Positions 27,882 to 37,174 are shown, counted from the first letter of the stretch. The stretch is 41,439 nucleotides of DNA from Candidatus Hodarchaeota archaeon (GCA_016839785.1 JAEOTQ010000004.1:1-41439), one strand, 5' to 3'. Numbers and translations are program-made. Notes: generated by a model not told the origin, from the letters alone.

Positions 27882-28733
27882 TTAAATAAAATTCTTGTTG
27901 CGAGGTGATTGGCAAGTACAACAAAAATTTGTAATCCTTCGATTTGCTTTGATCGAAGATATTGCTTTACCACACTTAAGGCAAGATTGTTCCCCCCTTA
28001 AATGAATTCTAAACAATTCTCCTCTCCAAAATCGCTGATTATCTAATTGATCAGTGGAAAATAACCAATCCGTAATTTTAGCCGTGGAAAATTGTAAAAT
28101 TGATTGACAAGAAGTAAATAATTGTTCTATTTCGCTGGTGTCGAGGCTAGTTCGTTTTGTAAAAGGATGAATTGCAGCATTAAACAAAATTTCATCAGCA
28201 TAAGCATTTCCAATTCCTGTTACAAACTCTTGTTTATTCAATACTCCTTTGATTTCCCCACGATAACGCTTAATTCTTGATTGAAATTCATTGAGGGAGA
28301 TCTCTAGAATATCAGGACCGTAATTTCTAACTTTTGATGGAGTTGAATATTCATTTTGGGTGGTAGTATCATATAACCATATTGCTCCATGTAGACGTCT
28401 ATCATGATATAGGAGGATTTTCCCTGACTTGAAATGCATCTTCATTACGGTTTTAGCAGGTAATTTCTTCTTCTCCCACGATAAACACCCTGTTAAACCA
28501 TGGTCAAGGAAAAGAGCTAAAGTTTTTTCCCCTGATTGAAAATAAAATATAAGAAGTTTGCCTTTTCTTTTAACATTCTCTAGTTTTGTTCCCTCCAACA
28601 TTGATTTAAATTGTTCTATGCCAGGAATTCGAATTACCGTATGAATAAATGTCTCAACTTCAGTGATAATCTCACCAGATAACTTTTTAGATAAATAGTT
28701 GCTAATTCCTTCAAGTTCTGGCAATTCTGGCAT
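27882..28733 (-). CDS. mutM: Fpg/Nei-family DNA glycosylase/AP lyase
   Basis: N-terminal MPELPE, RKGK, H2TH motif Q..VTGIGNAYADEILF, C-terminal zinc finger CLKC...R...CCTCQ. Confidence 0.9.
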   Translation of the reverse strand: MPELPELEGISNYLSKKLSGEIITEVETFIHTVIRIPGIEQFKSMLEGTKLENVKRKGKLLIFYFQSGEKTLALFLDHGLTGCLSWEKKKLPAKTVMKMHFKSGKILLYHDRRLHGAIWLYDTTTQNEYSTPSKVRNYGPDILEISLNEFQSRIKRYRGEIKGVLNKQEFVTGIGNAYADEILFNAAIHPFTKRTSLDTSEIEQLFTSCQSILQFSTAKITDWLFSTDQLDNQRFWRGELFRIHLRGEQSCLKCGKAISSIKANRRITNFCCTCQSPRNKNFI

Positions 28734-28854
28734 ATGTTCCTAAAAACAAGATTTCATATTTAGCGATTGTTAACTAGAAAAGACTCTTTAACAAGCTGGT
28801 TAAGAAGGGATTTCTGTTAGATTCGCGAATACTGGTATATATGGTTTGATTTGA

Positions 28855-29547
28855 ATGGGTGTCGACTGGACTTCTATTAAAAATTGGAAATCGCTAGATA
28901 TCCAAAGGGTGAGGAATTCCTTATTAAACCTCCCAAGGTGGTTTTTAGCGATCTGGATTGCAGTAAATATTATCATTCCAACCTATGGTGTCCTTCTATA
29001 TTATTGGCAGTATGCATACTATCACCCCATTTTCTGGATTTTCATTCCAGATTCGAATACTTTCGCTATTTTCTTCGGTATTTTTTTGTTTGTCACTCTA
29101 GGATTAAGGAAAAATATACAGGTGCTAAATCTCATCACATTTATAGGTTTAGTGAGAGCTTTTTTTGGGTACATTGTTGTGTTTACTGTACAACCGTCAT
29201 TTTTTGATATTGTCTCTTTAGCAGCTCATACATTTGAATTGGGTGAAGGACTTATACTTTTGCTATTTATTAAGGTCGATTTGAAGAACTATAGTCTTTC
29301 AGCTTTTATTACTATGGTTGATTGGTTTTTTGATTTTTTAAATCCTTTTGATTTACCTACATTAGTACTATATCCATTTGATGCGGACATAAATCCAAAT
29401 AATACCGCTCCCTATATTACCACGTTTGCTGTAGTATTTATAACGGTAATTATTGGTTGTCTCATCTACGTACGATGGAAACATTGGATATCAGAAGGGA
29501 AGAATGTAAAATGGATTGAAACCCTGGAGTATCTCAAAGGGATTTAA
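28855..29547 (+). CDS. DUF1405-like membrane protein
   Basis: Multi-TM. YG..YY.Q and WIFIPDS motifs, conserved H and D..D. Confidence 0.7.
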   Translation: MGVDWTSIKNWKSLDIQRVRNSLLNLPRWFLAIWIAVNIIIPTYGVLLYYWQYAYYHPIFWIFIPDSNTFAIFFGIFLFVTLGLRKNIQVLNLITFIGLVRAFFGYIVVFTVQPSFFDIVSLAAHTFELGEGLILLLFIKVDLKNYSLSAFITMVDWFFDFLNPFDLPTLVLYPFDADINPNNTAPYITTFAVVFITVIIGCLIYVRWKHWISEGKNVKWIETLEYLKGI

Positions 29548-29552
29548 TCTCG

Positions 29553-30284
29553 TCAAAGTGAGCTGACAATTTTACTTTTTAATCGAATTATTTCCTTAAG
29601 CGCTTTTTCTCGGTTTTTCTTCCATACTATTATGATAACAACATACTTTCTAAAACGCTCTACAAAAACCATGTATTCCCTACCTAAGGAAAATTGCAAT
29701 TGTTCAATCTCTTGGCCAATCAATATACTGGACTCAATGATTACTTTACACATCTGGGCAAGAGGATTAGCATGAGGATGAATTTCAGGGATCGAGATTG
29801 TAGTGAATACTTGATGAAAATTCGGTTTTTCGAGTAGGATATAATCAGAGAAAAATGATTCATCCATAATATCGATAATTTTGCTCAATCCAACGATATC
29901 AATCGAAATTAAAGAATTATACTCTCTCTTAAGGAAATCATTGAAATCGACAAATTGATGGTCATCAAAGGATATTTCTTCTTTTAATTCTTTCTTAAAG
30001 GTTGCCTCAAAACGTCGTAACGTCGTATTTGCAAAGTTCATTTCCTTTAGATCATGTTCATGGGAAAAGAAAATGCCGTAGGTATATTTGCCCTCGATGA
30101 TATGGACAATATATTTCCCTTGATCGATTGTCTTTATTTCCGAATCATCGGTTTCCTTGACTGCATTGAGAACTGCACTCATGAGGCCCGCACGTAAATC
30201 TTCGTCAACATCGGAAAAACCGGGCATAAACGAATAGGAAAAGAGTAAAAGTCCATTCTTTGTTGTGATGTTTACGCCTATCAA
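29553..30284 (-). CDS. Longin-like domain protein with second small alpha/beta domain (roadblock/longin-like)
   Basis: I..KNGLLLFSYSF...DEDLRAGLMSAV...IKTI..G.Y....... F...F is a longin-type pattern. TTG start. Confidence 0.7.
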   Translation of the reverse strand: MIGVNITTKNGLLLFSYSFMPGFSDVDEDLRAGLMSAVLNAVKETDDSEIKTIDQGKYIVHIIEGKYTYGIFFSHEHDLKEMNFANTTLRRFEATFKKELKEEISFDDHQFVDFNDFLKREYNSLISIDIVGLSKIIDIMDESFFSDYILLEKPNFHQVFTTISIPEIHPHANPLAQMCKVIIESSILIGQEIEQLQFSLGREYMVFVERFRKYVVIIIVWKKNREKALKEIIRLKSKIVSSL

Positions 30285-30299
30285 GAGAATTACCTAATT

Positions 30300-30433
30300 C
30301 CGATTACAATCAAAAATTGTAGGATATGTAAAGTTTTTTACTAATATACTTAATGGATAGTCAATGATTGAGGATTTTCAGCACTCAATTAACAAATTGG
30401 AATGAAAGCGATACAATCATTGATTGTAATCGG
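30300..30433. promoter_or_regulatory. Two TACAAT-N5-ATTGTA palindromes within a 14-bp perfect inverted repeat in a divergent promoter region
   Basis: TACAATcaaaaATTGTA at 30305-30321 and TACAATcattgATTGTA at 30412-30428. CCGATTACAATCAA (30300-30313) is the exact reverse complement of 30420-30433. Confidence 0.55.
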
Positions 30434-30557
30434 GACACTAAAATAATTTTAGTTAGAAAATTAAGATTTACCAAATTTCTTTTCGATTAATCAGTGATAG
30501 CAATTAAAATTCTAGTAAAAAATTTTGAATAACATATAGCTTTTTGTGTAATTGAAG

Positions 30558-31799
30558 ATGACATTACTAATTATTGATTCCAGTGTTTCAGGAGCGGCAG
30601 GGGATATGCTAATTGCCGCTTTATTAGACTTGTATTCCGAAGAACAACGTAACGACTTTTGTAACAAATTTCAATCAGAATTAGTTGAGTATGATCCTCA
30701 ATTTCTATTAAAATGGAAAAAAGTAAAAATTGAAGGCTTTTTTGGACTCCAATTGATTACGAACGCAAAGAAACGCTTTACTCCAGATGAATTAGTGCAT
30801 ATCAATCAAGATCTAGGCCAAAAATTACTAAAGTCAAAACAAGTAATTCAGGGTGCAAATAATGCTTTAGATTATTTAATTAAGGCTGAGAAAGAAATTC
30901 ATGGTGCTATGAGTGATAGTAGAGATTTACATTTCCATGAATTAGCAACCATTGATACTATTCTGGATATTGTGGGTTTTTACTACCTTCTGGAATCTCT
31001 TGGAAAAGAAGAGTTAATGCTTCAGGTATTACCTATTGCAGTGGGTGGCGGTACAAAAATGATATCCCATGGATTGGTATCTGTTCCTACTCCTGCAACA
31101 ACAGAAATAATAAAAATTGGAAATTTGAAGGTAAAGGGGGGGCCTATAGAGGAAGAATTATTAACCCCAACAGGAGCAGCCATTTTAGCCTCTTTACAAG
31201 CGAAATCCATTCTGTATTTACCGAGCATGAATTTTGAGAGAATTGGAAGAAGTTTTGGAACTCATTTTCCAAAAGAAGGAAAACAGAGATTTCTGCAAAT
31301 TATGCTTGGAAAAACAAAAACCCATTTGCATTCAGAGGAAATCATGATTCTAGAAACAAATGTTGACGATGTAGATGGCGAAACCATTGGGTACCTATTT
31401 GATATTCTTTTCCGTGAAAAATTAGTTTTAGATTTTATTGCTATCAATACATTGATGAAGAAAAATAGACCTGGGTATCTTCTTCAAGCCATTGTTGAGC
31501 CTGAGAAAGTTCATGAAGTATCTTTGGTTCTAATGCGTGAATTAGGCACACTTGGAGTTCGAGTGTTATCAGGTTTTCGACATATTGTTCCACGTAATTA
31601 TTCTACACACAGTGTTATGATTGAAAAGAGTGAGGACAGTGTAAGTGTGAAACGTGGCTTTATCGGGAACGAAATGATTACTGAAAAAGTGGAATATGAG
31701 GATATTAAACGAATAGCTCTCAAAAAGAAACAACCACTTAGAACCATACGAAAAAACATTAATTCTAACATTACCAAGGAGAATGATGTCAATGAATAA
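30558..31799 (+). CDS. larC: Nickel-pincer cofactor biosynthesis protein LarC
   Basis: SGAAGDMLIAAL, E..IHG...HFHE..DTILD, HG..SVPTPAT, ELLTPTGAA, LETNVDD..GE, MKKNRPG, GTLGVR, EYED. Confidence 0.93.
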   Translation: MTLLIIDSSVSGAAGDMLIAALLDLYSEEQRNDFCNKFQSELVEYDPQFLLKWKKVKIEGFFGLQLITNAKKRFTPDELVHINQDLGQKLLKSKQVIQGANNALDYLIKAEKEIHGAMSDSRDLHFHELATIDTILDIVGFYYLLESLGKEELMLQVLPIAVGGGTKMISHGLVSVPTPATTEIIKIGNLKVKGGPIEEELLTPTGAAILASLQAKSILYLPSMNFERIGRSFGTHFPKEGKQRFLQIMLGKTKTHLHSEEIMILETNVDDVDGETIGYLFDILFREKLVLDFIAINTLMKKNRPGYLLQAIVEPEKVHEVSLVLMRELGTLGVRVLSGFRHIVPRNYSTHSVMIEKSEDSVSVKRGFIGNEMITEKVEYEDIKRIALKKKQPLRTIRKNINSNITKENDVNE

Positions 31800-32568
31800 T
31801 TTAGAGGAGATTTTAGAGAGATTAAGCACCGGAGAAATTGATATTAAGGAAGCTATGAAAGCAATAAATCTGTTCGGGATTGAATTCATTGGAGAGGGAG
31901 CAAAAATGGATACAGGCCGTCATTTACGACGAGGAATACCAGAAATAATTTTTGCGGAAAAAAAACGGCCTAAACTTGTAGTAAAAATTGTTTTTTCCAT
32001 AATGAAATCACATCAAGTGTGCTTACTCTCCCGGGTCTTTGAAAGACACTTATCTCTTCTAAAAAAAGAACTAGGATCGGTTTATGAGCTAGTAATTTCC
32101 TCAGATTCAGAACCTTTTACAGTTACTGTCAAGAAAAAGGATTACTCTCTCCCAATTCCCTCTCAACGAATTGGAATTCTTACAGCAGGATCCTCAGATA
32201 TACCAATTGCAGAAGAAGCAGAGGCAATTGCTCGTATTATGGGTGTAGATGTTATGTCATTCCATGATGTTGGAATTGCTGGAGTACATAGACTATTCAC
32301 ACCTCTAAAAGAGCTTATAAAACAAAATGTTAAAGTTATAATCGTTATTGCTGGAATGGAAGGTGCTCTTCCTACGATTGTCTCTGGATTGGTTAGTATT
32401 CCTGTAATCGGAGTTCCTGCATCTACAGGTTATGGTTATGGTGGAAAAGGGATTGCAGCTTTGATGTCGATGTTACAAAGCTGTTCTCCTGGGTTAGTCG
32501 TAGTTAATATAGATAATGGAATTAACGCTGGAGCAACCGCGGCATTGATTGCTAAACAAAGCAAATAA
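31783..32568 (+). CDS. larB: Nickel-pincer cofactor biosynthesis protein LarB (AIR carboxylase-like)
   Basis: D..R..R.GIPEIIF..K, AGSSDIPIAEEA, DVGIAGVHRL, AGMEGALP, PVIGVP.S.GYG, SCSPGLVVVNIDNG. Start may be 31792. Confidence 0.94.
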   Translation: MMSMNNLEEILERLSTGEIDIKEAMKAINLFGIEFIGEGAKMDTGRHLRRGIPEIIFAEKKRPKLVVKIVFSIMKSHQVCLLSRVFERHLSLLKKELGSVYELVISSDSEPFTVTVKKKDYSLPIPSQRIGILTAGSSDIPIAEEAEAIARIMGVDVMSFHDVGIAGVHRLFTPLKELIKQNVKVIIVIAGMEGALPTIVSGLVSIPVIGVPASTGYGYGGKGIAALMSMLQSCSPGLVVVNIDNGINAGATAALIAKQSK

Positions 32569-32632
32569 ATACTGTATTAAGAAAAATAAATTGAATTATT
32601 TTGAAAGGATATTGAAGTTCGAGAGAGGTTCT

Positions 32633-33313
32633 ATGCAAATGTCGGACGAAAATTCAAATTTAGGACAAGAAGAAGATAAAAAAGAGGAAGAAGTTGCACA
32701 GGAAGAAGAAGAGGAGAAGATACCATCTCAAACAGAAGAAAAACCACCAAAGAAGAAGTATGTATTTAATTGTACCAAGTGTGGACAATGTTGTGAAAAA
32801 AGAGACCATGTCCCTGTTTCATTTGATGATATTCGGAGGTGGACTAAATCCGGAGTAATTAATTCAGTTTTTCCTCATCTAAAAATGCAAACTTTCCCTG
32901 CTCAAGTCCAGGGAGAGGTTCGAGAAGTAATCTCAATAGTTATAAGCCCTTCAGAGGAAGGTGGATGTCCTCTATTTGACCAGGAAAATAAACTCTGCAA
33001 TATTTACCATTCCATGCCTCTAGAATGTCTTGCATTCCCCCTAGGATTTAATGGAAATGAGTATTTCATAAAAGATAAATCGATCCCTGGATTAGGAAAT
33101 GGAACGATGACAAAAGAACAGCTCATAAATGATCGTGATAATGCTCGAGAGGATTTTGAAGCCCGAGTAGAAACTCAAATACTTCTCCCATTTACATATA
33201 CGCTCTTCATGCAAAATTTAATTGAACAACAACAAAAAATCCGTGAAGAAATGCCTGAAGATAAACGAAAACAGTTAGATGATCTTTTAAAAACCGAGGA
33301 ATCTCAAAAATAG
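32633..33313 (+). CDS. YkgJ-family cysteine cluster (Zn/Fe-S) protein
   Basis: FNCTKCGQCC, CPLFD...LCNIY...P..C..FP, acidic N-terminus. GAGAGG upstream of the ATG at 32633/32639. Confidence 0.85.
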   Translation: MQMSDENSNLGQEEDKKEEEVAQEEEEEKIPSQTEEKPPKKKYVFNCTKCGQCCEKRDHVPVSFDDIRRWTKSGVINSVFPHLKMQTFPAQVQGEVREVISIVISPSEEGGCPLFDQENKLCNIYHSMPLECLAFPLGFNGNEYFIKDKSIPGLGNGTMTKEQLINDRDNAREDFEARVETQILLPFTYTLFMQNLIEQQQKIREEMPEDKRKQLDDLLKTEESQK

Positions 33314-33319
33314 TTATTA

Positions 33320-34066
33320 CTAGCGATGAGTAGGCGAATAATCGCATTTTGAACAGATCCACTTAGCAAAAGGAAGAATCACGTCATCTCTTCCTTCCTG
33401 TTCCATTTTTTCAGAATAAGGCAACAAATTTCCCGCTCCACATTCAGGACAAGGAGGAGTGGTTATAACGCTTGTATTTTGGGGTATATAGCTGTCTAAG
33501 GATTTTACATCTCTTGAACTAAGGGCTTTAGGGGTAACTTTACTAGTTTTAGTCTTTGTAGGGATTGTAGTAGTTTTTGTTCTTATTTTCTTAGGTGTGG
33601 TTTTTCGCGTAGTAGTGCTACGAGTAGGTTTAGCCTTAGCTTTCGTTGTACTGGTTTTTTTTGTTGTGGATGGAGTCTTTTTAGTTATTGTCATCCTTTT
33701 TTTCCTTGTAGACGTAGATTTAGTTGATTTAGTTGGCTTACTCGTTGTTCGTCCTTCGGCTAATTCTGGTGCCAACCCATTTGTTGGGATCGATTCGATA
33801 CATTCTAGAAACTCTCTTGCCTCTTCGCCTTGATCAACTGTTTGTACACGAAAAGTTAACCCGTAAAATCTACGGATCTCTGTAGCGGCGGTGGAGGAAA
33901 TAAAACGAGTTTTGACCGCAGCACCTCTACCTATCCAAATCCATATTTTCCTTTTTTCATCGTCAACAAGAATGAAAACTGATTGTGCTTTAAGTTCTTC
34001 AGGAGAAAAAGCCACTGGATCCCAATGACCATCAGAATTCACTGAATATGCTACAAGTCGTGTCAA
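33320..34066 (-). CDS. Gelsolin-domain protein with Lys/Thr-rich linker and C-terminal zinc ribbon
   Basis: VFILVD...IWIWIGRGA.......A..I.......V.QGEE..EF is the gelsolin-repeat signature. About 80 aa of K/T low complexity, then CPECG...CSKC. Confidence 0.82.
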   Translation of the reverse strand: MTRLVAYSVNSDGHWDPVAFSPEELKAQSVFILVDDEKRKIWIWIGRGAAVKTRFISSTAATEIRRFYGLTFRVQTVDQGEEAREFLECIESIPTNGLAPELAEGRTTSKPTKSTKSTSTRKKRMTITKKTPSTTKKTSTTKAKAKPTRSTTTRKTTPKKIRTKTTTIPTKTKTSKVTPKALSSRDVKSLDSYIPQNTSVITTPPCPECGAGNLLPYSEKMEQEGRDDVILPFAKWICSKCDYSPTHR

Positions 34067-34164
34067 TTAATCATCTACTGCCTTTTTACACTATATAGAG
34101 TGTCTTTAGCAGTAAGAGTTAAAATTTTCCCATCCGTTTCTATTTACTTTTCGCAAACTGTGTA

Positions 34165-34818
34165 TTATGAATTCTGAGTAGTGTTTGAAATTCTAAGTAT
34201 AGCTCTCGTTCGAACTATCAAGAGAGGAATATTGCGAATACTAACAGATTTTTGGAGAAGAACGTGTGTTTCAGTATATTTGATCTTCTCACCAACAAGG
34301 AAATCAAAAACTCGTTTTTTATCTGGGTAATCCGAGGGTAAATAGACTATAAAGTTCATCTCTCTTAGCATTAATCCTTTTACTGAAGATAACTTTCGTG
34401 TAACCCTAATATGAGCAGAATCGATAGTAAGAGTGTATCCTCTTGCGGGTAGATAAAACCGCTTCACCTTGTCTTTTTTCTGGACAAGTTCAGTAGACAA
34501 TCCTAGACTAGACATTGTAGGGAGGTAGAAAGCTATTATAAATAATGTAATCGTCAATGGAACTAAGGCCCATAAAATATTCGTAATAAAAAGCGCTGGA
34601 TTAAAAGAACCTGCTTTTAGTGTATCAAAAAATATCTCTTCTCTCTGTGTTGGTCCTGATAATCCTGGATCTGTAGGAATTAAGGGATTAATACTATTAA
34701 CTATGAGGAGCATTGATCCAGTAAGAAAAATAGCAATCAAGATGCCATAGGATAACTGAGTAAGTCGTATATTTGCTATTGGACCACGTAACATATCTAT
34801 TTCACCTTGAAATTTCAT
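34165..34818 (-). CDS. Hypothetical membrane protein (2 TM plus soluble C-terminal domain)
   Basis: Two hydrophobic stretches. ATGA overlap with the upstream wHTH gene. Confidence 0.7.
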   Translation of the reverse strand: MKFQGEIDMLRGPIANIRLTQLSYGILIAIFLTGSMLLIVNSINPLIPTDPGLSGPTQREEIFFDTLKAGSFNPALFITNILWALVPLTITLFIIAFYLPTMSSLGLSTELVQKKDKVKRFYLPARGYTLTIDSAHIRVTRKLSSVKGLMLREMNFIVYLPSDYPDKKRVFDFLVGEKIKYTETHVLLQKSVSIRNIPLLIVRTRAILRISNTTQNS

Positions 34819-35291
34819 GTTTCCTGCAGAATTTTCTTCAATTCACTTCCGTGAATTTGTACCAGTTCAATTAATCGATTCATAAGACGATTTCCGGAAT
34901 TCGCATAAACTAATCTTAATCGTGGATGAATATCTTCTGTGGAAATTAAATGTTGAGAGCGCAAATACTTTAAATCCCTATATATCGATTTACTTTTCTC
35001 TGATATTCCCAAACTACGTGCTAATTCAATTCCTGAACTTCCTTTTGGATAAATAGTAACCAGTTGCATGAGAATCAATCGTTGGTGCAATGATAATGGC
35101 GATGTGAAGAGGTATAGTATCGCTGCATAATAATCACGAGTTAAATCAACAATACGGTTCGATAATGTATCCAGATATTCTTTGATTTCGGGTTTTACTT
35201 GAGCCGTAGTATTTAATGAAGCAAGGACTTTTTCTAATGTATCATTATCCTTTTTTTCATCCTCTGAGACTCTAAATGTCATAATTTCCAC
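34815..35291 (-). CDS. Winged helix-turn-helix transcriptional regulator
   Basis: IL..L....PKGSSGIELARSLGIS..SKSIYRDLKYL....LI followed by a wing (ArsR/TrmB-like). Confidence 0.75.
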   Translation of the reverse strand: MEIMTFRVSEDEKKDNDTLEKVLASLNTTAQVKPEIKEYLDTLSNRIVDLTRDYYAAILYLFTSPLSLHQRLILMQLVTIYPKGSSGIELARSLGISEKSKSIYRDLKYLRSQHLISTEDIHPRLRLVYANSGNRLMNRLIELVQIHGSELKKILQET

Positions 35292-35461
35292 TTAATCTTT
35301 GTATATTTTGGGGTTTATTAAGTCTAAAGGAGGTGTATTTGACTACACAAATAACCTCTTGATCATTAGAAATAAATTGGGATTGGGATGTAATCTGAAA
35401 AGGTTTTTTTGAGGATCTTAAGTTGAAGGTGTATACAAAAAGAATTCTGAATAGGAGAGGA

Positions 35462-35920
35462 ATGACGGTCAGCGAGCAAAATGATCAGTCAATTAATTAT
35501 GAAACAGCAATCAAGGGAACAACACTTGATGTCTATTTCTATTTATTAAGAAAAAAAGAGGCTGCGGGAGTTCGTGAAATTCAACGAGGTTTAGGATTAT
35601 CCTCTCCGAGCGTATCGAGCTATCATTTAGAAAAATTGGAATCCTTAGGAGTGATCCGAAAAAATAGATTTGGTAACTTTGAAATAGCTAAAAAAGTCGA
35701 TATAGGAGCGTTAAACCAATTTATATTGGTGAGAAACTATACTCTTCCTCGATTCCTTTTTTACGCTGTTTTTGTTTCTATTCTACTTGTGGGTTACATC
35801 CTCTTCTTCTTTAATTTCCCCTTAACCACAGGAAAAATATTTGCTCTCATTTTTGGTACTATTGCTTCGGCTATCTGTTGGATTGAGACTTATCTCTCTT
35901 GGCAAAAACGTCCGTTTTAA
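35462..35920 (+). CDS. Membrane-anchored winged-HTH protein
   Basis: GTTLDVYFYLL...GVREIQRGLGLSSPSVSSYHLEKL...G.I followed by two TMs. AGGAGAGG upstream of the ATG at 35462. Confidence 0.85.
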   Translation: MTVSEQNDQSINYETAIKGTTLDVYFYLLRKKEAAGVREIQRGLGLSSPSVSSYHLEKLESLGVIRKNRFGNFEIAKKVDIGALNQFILVRNYTLPRFLFYAVFVSILLVGYILFFFNFPLTTGKIFALIFGTIASAICWIETYLSWQKRPF

Positions 35921-35929
35921 AGAAAAAAA

Positions 35930-36457
35930 TCAGAGGAATCTTACCCTTTCACTGATGTCGATAGCTGGAAATTTCGGTTCTTGTTCAGTTTGCCGCCACA
36001 ATTCATTCATCTTGAATTCTTCTAGTAACGCGGCAATTTCTTTAACAAAATGTAGCAGTTCACGAATTTTTCGTGAAAACCGATACATGGTTACTTCATC
36101 CAAGCGATAGCCTAAAAAAATCCGGAGATCTTCATTAGGGCCAGTTGTTATTACTCTACTTGTAAAATATTTACCTTGGATCTGAAGTAACCTCCGTAAA
36201 AAGGAAGAAACAGAGTTTTCAGACTCTTTCTTAAGGCTAGTTAAACCATTTGAAAAGAATGAGATGTGTGTAAAATTACTTTCTAAAGCAATGTGAATGT
36301 CAGGACAATTTTTTATAGGAAGTAGGATATTGAAAGCATTATCATGAGTATCTTTTAACATCACATGTTCTAACCCGAGGAGATCCAACCAGTGTTTAAT
36401 TTGTTCCACTTTCTGGGGAAGAATTGTATGTGATTTTACGGGTTGAGTGGTTCGCAT
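35930..36457 (-). CDS. Hypothetical protein, possibly YbjN/CesT-like fold
   Basis: 175-aa ORF with a helix-beta3-helix-beta2-helix pattern. The fold call is tentative. Confidence 0.55.
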   Translation of the reverse strand: MRTTQPVKSHTILPQKVEQIKHWLDLLGLEHVMLKDTHDNAFNILLPIKNCPDIHIALESNFTHISFFSNGLTSLKKESENSVSSFLRRLLQIQGKYFTSRVITTGPNEDLRIFLGYRLDEVTMYRFSRKIRELLHFVKEIAALLEEFKMNELWRQTEQEPKFPAIDISERVRFL

Positions 36458-36615
36458 TTCTTATAATCTCTCAGTTTTGCTTAATTCTATTCAGCTTTAG
36501 AAAGACGCGTTGAACACGGTAACTTCTCTTTTAATTATCCATAAATGTTTTCATTTCTCTTTTTCCATTAATAAAATCTTAAATCTGTTACTAAAATTTC
36601 ACTATCTCACTTTTT

Positions 36616-37161
36616 CTAAGGAAATAGACTTGGATTTAAATATGGAACGAGCGCCATTATTACACTTTGTTTGAGAACGTCATAACGTGTAACATAGTTC
36701 TGACTGAAGAATCCAACAACACCTTGTTTCTTTTTTATGTCTGGTACACCACTTTTTTGAGCTGCAAGATCCCCAAGTTCGTGATATTTGTGAGTAGTTA
36801 ATGCATTATACCATTCTAACGGTAAAGGAATTCCACACCCCCTAATTGTCTCAATAGCTAATTCATGTCCTATCGAAGAATATACCACTATTCTTGCATT
36901 GTTTGAATCTACTTTTACTACACCTCCCTCAATACCTACATAATAATCGTATCCTTGATGATTTTCACGAGCTTGTATAACCCTCAATTTCGAATGCGTA
37001 GATGTTTGATCCTCTCCGATTGGTTGAGATGCATTGGTTGTTGGAACAACAACTTCTTGCGAGTCAATTATCGGATCCTTGAAAAAAAGTTGAAAAGCAT
37101 CTTTGGTAGCTTTTATCTTCACTGGGTTCTTACTAGCCACTAAAACTTTAATGTTTGTCAT
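36616..37161 (-). CDS. yjjX: Non-canonical purine NTP phosphatase (inosine/xanthosine triphosphatase, DUF84)
   Basis: Start ATG at 37161. VASKNPVK, SQPIG..T...R, YVGIEGGV, ELGD, IKKKQGVVG, TR. Confidence 0.9.
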   Translation of the reverse strand: MTNIKVLVASKNPVKIKATKDAFQLFFKDPIIDSQEVVVPTTNASQPIGEDQTSTHSKLRVIQARENHQGYDYYVGIEGGVVKVDSNNARIVVYSSIGHELAIETIRGCGIPLPLEWYNALTTHKYHELGDLAAQKSGVPDIKKKQGVVGFFSQNYVTRYDVLKQSVIMALVPYLNPSLFP

Positions 37162-37174
37162 GTTAAAATGGTCC

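Noticed and set aside
33597-33833. Val/Leu/Phe-rich plus-strand ORF that looks like a membrane peptide
   Set aside because: It is the antisense reading of the Lys/Thr-rich linker codons of the gelsolin-domain gene.
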